DNA from: Gammaproteobacteria bacterium
Lineage (GTDB): Bacteria > Pseudomonadota > Gammaproteobacteria > GCA-001735895
DNA length: 64,000 bases
Reading direction: 5' to 3'
NCBI GenBank assembly: GCA_014382695.1
Contig: JACNJF010000107.1
Location: 12,237 to 76,236, forward strand
The position numbers and the translations under genes are program-made. Shown here in pieces: positions 58,661-64,000 of this stretch. Under the pieces are notes generated by a model, which made no database searches, was not told where the DNA came from, and worked only from the letters and a program-made list of their open reading frames with translations. The stretch's first letter is position 1, and each line of letters begins with the position of its first letter.

Positions 58661-59298
58661 GCGATTGCATTTTCAGGCCTCACCAGCAGACCCGATTGAC
58701 CGATAGAAACTTTGAAGTGTGCACCATCTTTCATCGGCATGTACACGCCCTGACCAAATAAAGTATCCACAAAGCCTAGTCTCGACTTAAATAGCTGCTT
58801 CATTCTCCAGATATCCAGTCCGCGTGTTTCTCCGCCTGACAGGTCATACAGACTGGGTAAGCGCTGACTCCCCTGACTGATATCGGCATAACGCCCACTC
58901 ACCCGATCCATCTGGTAAAAACTATCCAGCCCTAACAGATTAGCCCAGCCTTTCCATTTTAAAATCTTTGCATCCAGTTGCCACTGATCGCCGTGCAGCA
59001 CAAAATAACGCTGATCCTTATCCTGCTCGGAAAAAGACAGCGATAACTGAAATTTTTGCGTCCCTAGCTGACGCAGATATACATCCGCAATCGGCGCTTC
59101 ATAGGTTAAACGCTGATAGGTATGCAGGTTTGAATACACCAGTAACACCAGCATAAAGGCCAAAAATACCACTAAACCCTGTACACTCCAGATCACTCCG
59201 GAAGCGATATGCTTGCGCTTCAACTGATGTATGAAGCGCCAGCCGATCAGGCAGATCAGTAGCGCCAGAAAACCACTCAGATATAGCAGACCATCCAT
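58642..59298 (-). CDS. Hypothetical inner-membrane protein (2 N-terminal TM plus a soluble domain of about 150 aa)
   Basis: 218 aa with a GAGAG SD in the 12-nt gap after the upstream ORF. No family motif recognised. Confidence 0.5.
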   Translation of the reverse strand: MDGLLYLSGFLALLICLIGWRFIHQLKRKHIASGVIWSVQGLVVFLAFMLVLLVYSNLHTYQRLTYEAPIADVYLRQLGTQKFQLSLSFSEQDKDQRYFVLHGDQWQLDAKILKWKGWANLLGLDSFYQMDRVSGRYADISQGSQRLPSLYDLSGGETRGLDIWRMKQLFKSRLGFVDTLFGQGVYMPMKDGAHFKVSIGQSGLLVRPENAIAKAAVF

Positions 59299-59310
59299 AT
59301 AAACGCTCTC

Positions 59311-61176
59311 TCAATCGAAACTGAAGCCATCCAGCAGATTGTAACGCAGGATGTTACCGAGCGGATAAATCAATGGCTCGGTTTTAGCAACCCAATCCAG
59401 GGCCTGCGCCCACAGGCCATAATTTTTTTCAGTCTCAGACAGCAGGTCCAGATAAGCCGGCTGACTGTAAATTTGATACTCATGACGCAAAGGCATCAGC
59501 AGAATCATCACGCTCAAGACAGTCACACCGAGCAGGCGTAACCAGCGCTGCTCCTGAATCAGCAGAAAGATCAGATTCAATATCAGGTTGATCAGATTTA
59601 ACAGGCCGAAAATCAATGAAAACATGATCGCAACCGCTGGCACCACCAGATTACGCAGACTGCTCTTACCCGACTGCTCATAGGGCGCATCGCCTTCATA
59701 CCATTTTTCATCCGCCTTCAGCTTATTCAGCAATGCGTCAAATCGGGCCACAAATAATGGCTCAATATAGCGCTGATTAAACTCAGCCTGCGATAAATCC
59801 AGCACAATCGGCTGCACATAATGCTCACCAAAGGCCTGTGCAAAATAATTCTGTATCGCTGCGATCTGGCTGAAATCAGCCAGCTCCGTGCGCGGCTTTA
59901 ACTCAACCTGAAATTGTTTTAATACCGCATATCGATAATCCTGAAGTTGCCTGTCTTCCAGCTGCAGACGGATATCTTCCAGCATTTCCTGGTGGCGCTG
60001 AAAACTCCATGCCGGACTGACCAGCAACCCCTGTCGTTGCAGCGAGGCATACACGGCACTGGTCAAATCATTACTTTCGAGAAATTCGAGGCGGGATGCG
60101 TACACCCGGGTCAAGCCCGCCAACAGCGCCAGCTTCAGTTTTCTGGCATTAATAATTTTCTGATTAATATCAGAGACATCCTTAACGCAACTGAGTTTAG
60201 GCACCTGTCCGGTACTTTCTTCACACCAGTCACTCACCGGGCTATAAAACTCCAGTTGTTGCTCAAGACGCATCTGTAACTGCTGATAAGCGGCATCAAA
60301 GCACTCTTCGACAGCACAGTTATTGATTCTTTGCTGCCCTGTCATCAACAGGTATTGCAGCGCATTCGACAGTTCAGGCACAATCCAGGTTAAACCACTG
60401 TTCTGCTCCAGTAGCTCCTGATACAGCTGCCACGCCGGAACTGCCTGATTCATCGCCTCTTCGTACAGACCAATCGCGTCAGCCCTGGCCATAGACTGCT
60501 GGCGCTCTAGCTCAACGACCAGTTGCTGATATTCCTGATAACGCGTCAGAATTTTCCGGCTCACATACAGATAGTTTTTAAACAACGCCTTGCTGGTGGC
60601 AGACTGCTGCGTGGAGATGGCATAGCCCGCTATCTTCTCCAGTTCGCGTTCAAGTACAATCCGCATGTTTTTCGAGTTATACGCGAGCAGGCCTGACAGG
60701 GTGATAAACATCTTGCCTTCGGCTGTCTGTAGCAGCAGTTCATCGACCGCCAGCTCTTCAATCTCAACGAAACCATTCGCCACGCCAAATTTGAGCAGAC
60801 TCAGGATCTCTGCCGATCGACGGGTTTCACTGGATGAGTAGTCGACCAGATTATCGACCAGCTTTTTCTGCCCGACAAATACCAGTGGAAAGACCAGCAT
60901 GGCGATCAATAAAAACTTCAAGCTTAAACGTAACAGGCCGGATGTTGACCAGACCGGTAGTAACAGTCGCCAGGCAAACAGGGTCGCACCTGCCGCTGAA
61001 ATAGTGCGCCCATATATTTCAAGCTGGCCAAAATCAATGGTTGTAGAAAGTGATGCTGATGCATCCAGAATACGGGCATTGAAGGACAGCTCTATGACCA
61101 GATAGATCATACTCAGCAGTATGAACAACAGACTATAGATAGACTCTTTAATTTTATTGAGCACCATCACACCCAC
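59311..61176 (-). CDS. Hypothetical large membrane protein (TM clusters at both ends, central helical Cys-containing domain)
   Basis: 621 aa. The GTG start overlaps the upstream stop (TAGTG); an alternative ATG lies at 61167. Hydrophobic segments span residues ~10-110 and ~510-560. No family motif recognised. Confidence 0.5.
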   Translation of the reverse strand: MGVMVLNKIKESIYSLLFILLSMIYLVIELSFNARILDASASLSTTIDFGQLEIYGRTISAAGATLFAWRLLLPVWSTSGLLRLSLKFLLIAMLVFPLVFVGQKKLVDNLVDYSSSETRRSAEILSLLKFGVANGFVEIEELAVDELLLQTAEGKMFITLSGLLAYNSKNMRIVLERELEKIAGYAISTQQSATSKALFKNYLYVSRKILTRYQEYQQLVVELERQQSMARADAIGLYEEAMNQAVPAWQLYQELLEQNSGLTWIVPELSNALQYLLMTGQQRINNCAVEECFDAAYQQLQMRLEQQLEFYSPVSDWCEESTGQVPKLSCVKDVSDINQKIINARKLKLALLAGLTRVYASRLEFLESNDLTSAVYASLQRQGLLVSPAWSFQRHQEMLEDIRLQLEDRQLQDYRYAVLKQFQVELKPRTELADFSQIAAIQNYFAQAFGEHYVQPIVLDLSQAEFNQRYIEPLFVARFDALLNKLKADEKWYEGDAPYEQSGKSSLRNLVVPAVAIMFSLIFGLLNLINLILNLIFLLIQEQRWLRLLGVTVLSVMILLMPLRHEYQIYSQPAYLDLLSETEKNYGLWAQALDWVAKTEPLIYPLGNILRYNLLDGFSFD

Positions 61177-61481
61177 TAATCTGCGTGCTTTTGTTTGGAG
61201 CTGATCACCAGGGGTTGCAGAACATGAGGAGGCGCTTTCACTACTTCAGGAATCTGAAAATCACTAATTTCCGGACTCCAGGGCTGATATTCATCCAGAG
61301 CCTCAGCGTCATCATCAAACTTAAGCTGGCCCTGTGGACTGGTATTAAACCCCCAGGACTTAAGTAAATCAGCCTCTTTTTCTTTGCTATCAGGCTCTGC
61401 CGCCGCGAGTAAGGGAGCAACGACTAATGCCAGCAGCAATAGCACGATTGATTGCAGCCTGGGCAATCCGTGTATGCCCAT
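61176..61481 (-). CDS. Hypothetical small secreted acidic protein
   Basis: About 101 aa from the ATG at 61481, which overlaps the MBL gene stop (TGATG); the track ORF extends to 61496. Signal peptide LLLLALVVAPLLAAA, then a region rich in D, E and P. Confidence 0.45.
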   Translation of the reverse strand: MGIHGLPRLQSIVLLLLALVVAPLLAAAEPDSKEKEADLLKSWGFNTSPQGQLKFDDDAEALDEYQPWSPEISDFQIPEVVKAPPHVLQPLVISSKQKHAD

Positions 61482-62233
61482 CAAACCTGCACCCATTCAA
61501 ACCCCTGCTGCTGACTGGCTAAAACCGAGAGATGATCACCTTCCAGTGTTTTTAGCAGTTCCTGTACGATCTCAACTGAATTGTTTTTTTCTGAAATATG
61601 GGCCGCAATAAGACAGTCCAGGCGACTGATATCAATCTGCTGCAGCATTTCGAGAGACTGGGCGTTAGAAAGGTGTCCCAGCTGACCGGAGATGCGCTGC
61701 TTCAGACTGTACGGGTAAGGACCGTTTTCCAGCATCAACGGATCGTAGTTAAATTCCAGCAAAAGCGCATGTAAACCGGAGTAGAGTTGCTTCATATGAG
61801 AGGTGATATGACCACTATCGGTCAAAACCCCAAGCTTGCGCTGGGTCGAAAGCTGAGTAAAAACAAACTGCACCGGCTCGGCCGCATCATGTGGAACCGT
61901 CACCGCCTGTACCATCAGGTCATCACCGGCCTGAAACTCCTGACCGCCGCTAATCGGATGGTATTTTTCAATCTTAAGCGCGCGTGCAGTACCCACCGTG
62001 GTCCACACTGGAATCGAGTATTTCGCAGCCAGGCGTGAGATGCCTGCCCCATGATCAGAATGTTCATGGGTCACCAGAATAGCATCCAGCTCTTCTGCAC
62101 GAATTGCAAATTTCTCCATACGCTGCTCAAACTGCCTGAGTGAGTATCCGCAATCAATCAGGACGCAGGTATCGTGACAGCGTATCAGGGTTGCATTACC
62201 CTTACTGCCACTCCCCAATGACGCTAAAAACAT
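61481..62233 (-). CDS. MBL-fold metallo-hydrolase
   Basis: 250 aa with the THEHSDH metal motif and downstream His/Asp ligands. Sits directly after bamC, as in other gammaproteobacteria. Confidence 0.75.
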   Translation of the reverse strand: MFLASLGSGSKGNATLIRCHDTCVLIDCGYSLRQFEQRMEKFAIRAEELDAILVTHEHSDHGAGISRLAAKYSIPVWTTVGTARALKIEKYHPISGGQEFQAGDDLMVQAVTVPHDAAEPVQFVFTQLSTQRKLGVLTDSGHITSHMKQLYSGLHALLLEFNYDPLMLENGPYPYSLKQRISGQLGHLSNAQSLEMLQQIDISRLDCLIAAHISEKNNSVEIVQELLKTLEGDHLSVLASQQQGFEWVQV

Positions 62234-62242
62234 CCGAATAAA

Positions 62243-63340
62243 TTAGCGTAATTGCTCAAACAGAAAATTCAGCAACTGTCTTGCTGCAGGCGAATTATCA
62301 TTGCTAAAACCCGGTTCCAGAACTTCAATTCGGGTTGCATTGGTATTACTGACAGCTTCCAGACTAATGGTTTGAGATCCGGCCGTATTTACCTGATCCA
62401 GCTTGTAACCACTACTATTCAGCATGCCCTGAAAATCAAGATAGATAGAAGCAGAATCGTCAAATTTTTCTCTCACTGTGACCGTAATGCCCAACTGATC
62501 CATACGGTATATCAATCGATTCCAGGTTTGCTGAAAACCCTGCTTAACCATTAACAGGGTCTGCTCCTCTTCGTCATTTTTGATCACATCCAGAGAAGCC
62601 CGTGGCTCAAACTCGCCAACATTCTCCAGTTGCTGCCTGGCCCGTTCATCCTCCAGGCCCAGAGCAATCATCAGACGCGAAAGCATCTCAACTTCCTTAA
62701 ACCGGTCTGACGGTACAAACTGCCAGCCCTGTTTTTTGTTCAACGGTTTCAACTCATCCGTGTTTTCATCGATAACCAGCTCCTGTCCCCGGTGAGTCAG
62801 AAAGATTCTGGAGCTATCACCATCGCGTTCAATCCGGGTACGATACTGATCACTACTCTCAGATGCACGTAAACTGGCAATAATGGAAGCGAAGAAGGAT
62901 TTCTTGCCGGATTTAAAACTTAACCACTCGGTCTCCATGATACCGATCAGCGGTTCATCCTTAATCAGCTCAAACCCCTGCTCGCGCCAGAATGCCTTGA
63001 TTAACGGGTACAGCCGTTCAGCCGGAATGGCGACTTCCAGCCAGTAGGCGTTAGCATTCCCGGCTATCTGAAAATCGTTTAATAGCGGCAGTACGCTGAC
63101 TTCATTCTTGATGTCACCCGTTTCGATATAGCGCCCTGTATTCTGCGCTGTGCCAACTTTTGAACCGGGCAGGGCCAGATTCTTTGCGCTACTGCGACTT
63201 AGCAAATCAGGAGGAATTTCCAGCGTAGGGGTAACCACACTGCCGCGGTAGTTCATTTTTTCATCGGTCTGGGTCGAGGCACAGCCAGACAGCATAAATC
63301 CCGCAGCAGAAAGTAGTGCCCACAGCTTAAGTGACTTCAT
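62243..63340 (-). CDS. bamC: Outer membrane protein assembly factor BamC (NlpB lipoprotein)
   Basis: 365 aa with the lipobox LSGC. The start overlaps the dapA stop (ATGA) in the conserved dapA-bamC order. Confidence 0.75.
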   Translation of the reverse strand: MKSLKLWALLSAAGFMLSGCASTQTDEKMNYRGSVVTPTLEIPPDLLSRSSAKNLALPGSKVGTAQNTGRYIETGDIKNEVSVLPLLNDFQIAGNANAYWLEVAIPAERLYPLIKAFWREQGFELIKDEPLIGIMETEWLSFKSGKKSFFASIIASLRASESSDQYRTRIERDGDSSRIFLTHRGQELVIDENTDELKPLNKKQGWQFVPSDRFKEVEMLSRLMIALGLEDERARQQLENVGEFEPRASLDVIKNDEEEQTLLMVKQGFQQTWNRLIYRMDQLGITVTVREKFDDSASIYLDFQGMLNSSGYKLDQVNTAGSQTISLEAVSNTNATRIEVLEPGFSNDNSPAARQLLNFLFEQLR

Positions 63341-64000
63341 AATACGCCTGCCGCAACCAGTGCATTGCGTAATGTTGCATGATATTTCTCAGATAGCGGT
63401 GTAAGCGGCAGGCGAAAAATATTCTCACACAGCCCCATCTGGCTCACCGCCCATTTGACCGGAATCGGGTTGGATTCAATAAACAGCACACGATGCAATT
63501 CAGCGATCTGCTGGTCAATCCTTAACGCTTCCTCGGCATTCCCGGCCAGAGCAGCCAGACACATCTGCGCCATCTGCGCCGGTGCCACATTGGCGGTCAC
63601 CGATATTGAGCCATGTCCACCCTGTAGAATGAACTGACGGGTGGTCGCATCATCACCACTCAGCAGTAAAAAATCCTTGCTGACGCGTTGCTGAATCTGG
63701 CGCAACCGTTCGAGGTCGCCAGTCGCTTCCTTGATGCCAATGATATTTTTCACCAGCGCCAGGCGTTGTACCGTATCCGGCTGCATATCGCAGGCGGTAC
63801 GCCCGGGTACGTTATACAAAATCTGATCGATCTCGACCGCTTCGGCAATCGCCTTATGGTGCTGATACAGCCCTTCCTGGGTAGGCTTGTTGTAATAGGG
63901 CGTAACCAGCAGTGCAGCATCCGCCTGTGCTTTTTTTGCACATCGGGTTAGCAGAATGGCCTCAGAGGTTGAATTGGCGCCGGTACCGGCAATCATCGGA
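63337..64000 (-). CDS. dapA: 4-hydroxy-tetrahydrodipicolinate synthase, C-terminal ~220 codons (N-terminus lies beyond the window end)
   Basis: GTGANST.EA, VTPYYNKPTQEG, YNVPGRT and IKEA (the Schiff-base Lys region). The frame stays open to position 64000. Confidence 0.9.
   Translation of the reverse strand, partial: PMIAGTGANSTSEAILLTRCAKKAQADAALLVTPYYNKPTQEGLYQHHKAIAEAVEIDQILYNVPGRTACDMQPDTVQRLALVKNIIGIKEATGDLERLRQIQQRVSKDFLLLSGDDATTRQFILQGGHGSISVTANVAPAQMAQMCLAALAGNAEEALRIDQQIAELHRVLFIESNPIPVKWAVSQMGLCENIFRLPLTPLSEKYHATLRNALVAAGVL

Noticed and set aside
63337-63996. Met at 63996 given by the track as the dapA start
   Set aside because: That Met is internal. The DapA homology begins in mid-protein (..GTGANST..) and the frame is open to the window edge, so the CDS is truncated by the window.

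Overview
This 64 kb window looks like core chromosome from a chemolithotrophic, sulfur-oxidising gammaproteobacterium. The split soxXYZA layout resembles Thiomicrospira and relatives, but that taxon call is only an inference. I saw no transposase, integrase, tRNA/rRNA gene, CRISPR array or recognisable defence system. Coding density is high and the gene order is as follows.

- 1-0.3 kb: thiC 5' end behind a clear TPP riboswitch.
- 0.4-2.8 kb: Pcm-like methyltransferase, rhodanese and tolC.
- 2.8-18.9 kb: a large LPS inner-core and envelope-decoration cluster. It holds lpxL, waaA, kdkA, gmhA, a GT9 heptosyltransferase and a YejM-like protein. It also holds two LtaS/OpgB-like sulfatase-fold transferases flanking a degenerate GDPD-like protein, a SAM methyltransferase, hldE, a TagB/TagF-like protein and a WaaL-like ligase.
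- 18.9-20.2 kb: mtaB.
- 20.3-25.3 kb: a sulfur island with soxXYZA, an M48/TPR protease and rhd-tusA-dsrE2.
- 25.6-34.4 kb: ilvIH-ilvC, pssA, leuA, a family-4 UDG, rimI and prfC.
- 34.4-45.3 kb: a DUF3187-like protein and plsB, then a stress cluster (hslR, trxC, an HDOD protein, an FAD oxidoreductase, htpG with a sigma-32-like promoter), ogt and a secreted helical-repeat protein.
- 45.4-49.0 kb: rpsP-rimM-trmD-rplS and ffh.
- 49.1-58.6 kb: a class II cyclic-nucleotide phosphodiesterase, ypjD, a corB/yfjD-like gene, radA, xseB-ispA-dxs, cspA, a TusE/DsrC-family gene and folE2.
- 58.6-64.0 kb: dapA-bamC-MBL hydrolase followed by three translationally coupled envelope proteins that I cannot assign to any family.

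The candidates most worth a second look are these.

1. The uncharacterised three-gene membrane module fused to the dapA-bamC-MBL operon.
2. The phosphoglycerol or teichoic-like LPS decoration set, including a GDPD homologue that lacks two catalytic residues.
3. The juxtaposition of periplasmic Sox carrier genes with a cytoplasmic rhd-tusA-dsrE2 relay, plus an orphan DsrC/TusE with non-canonical cysteine spacing.

Every function call comes from motif recognition by eye. No database search was run.
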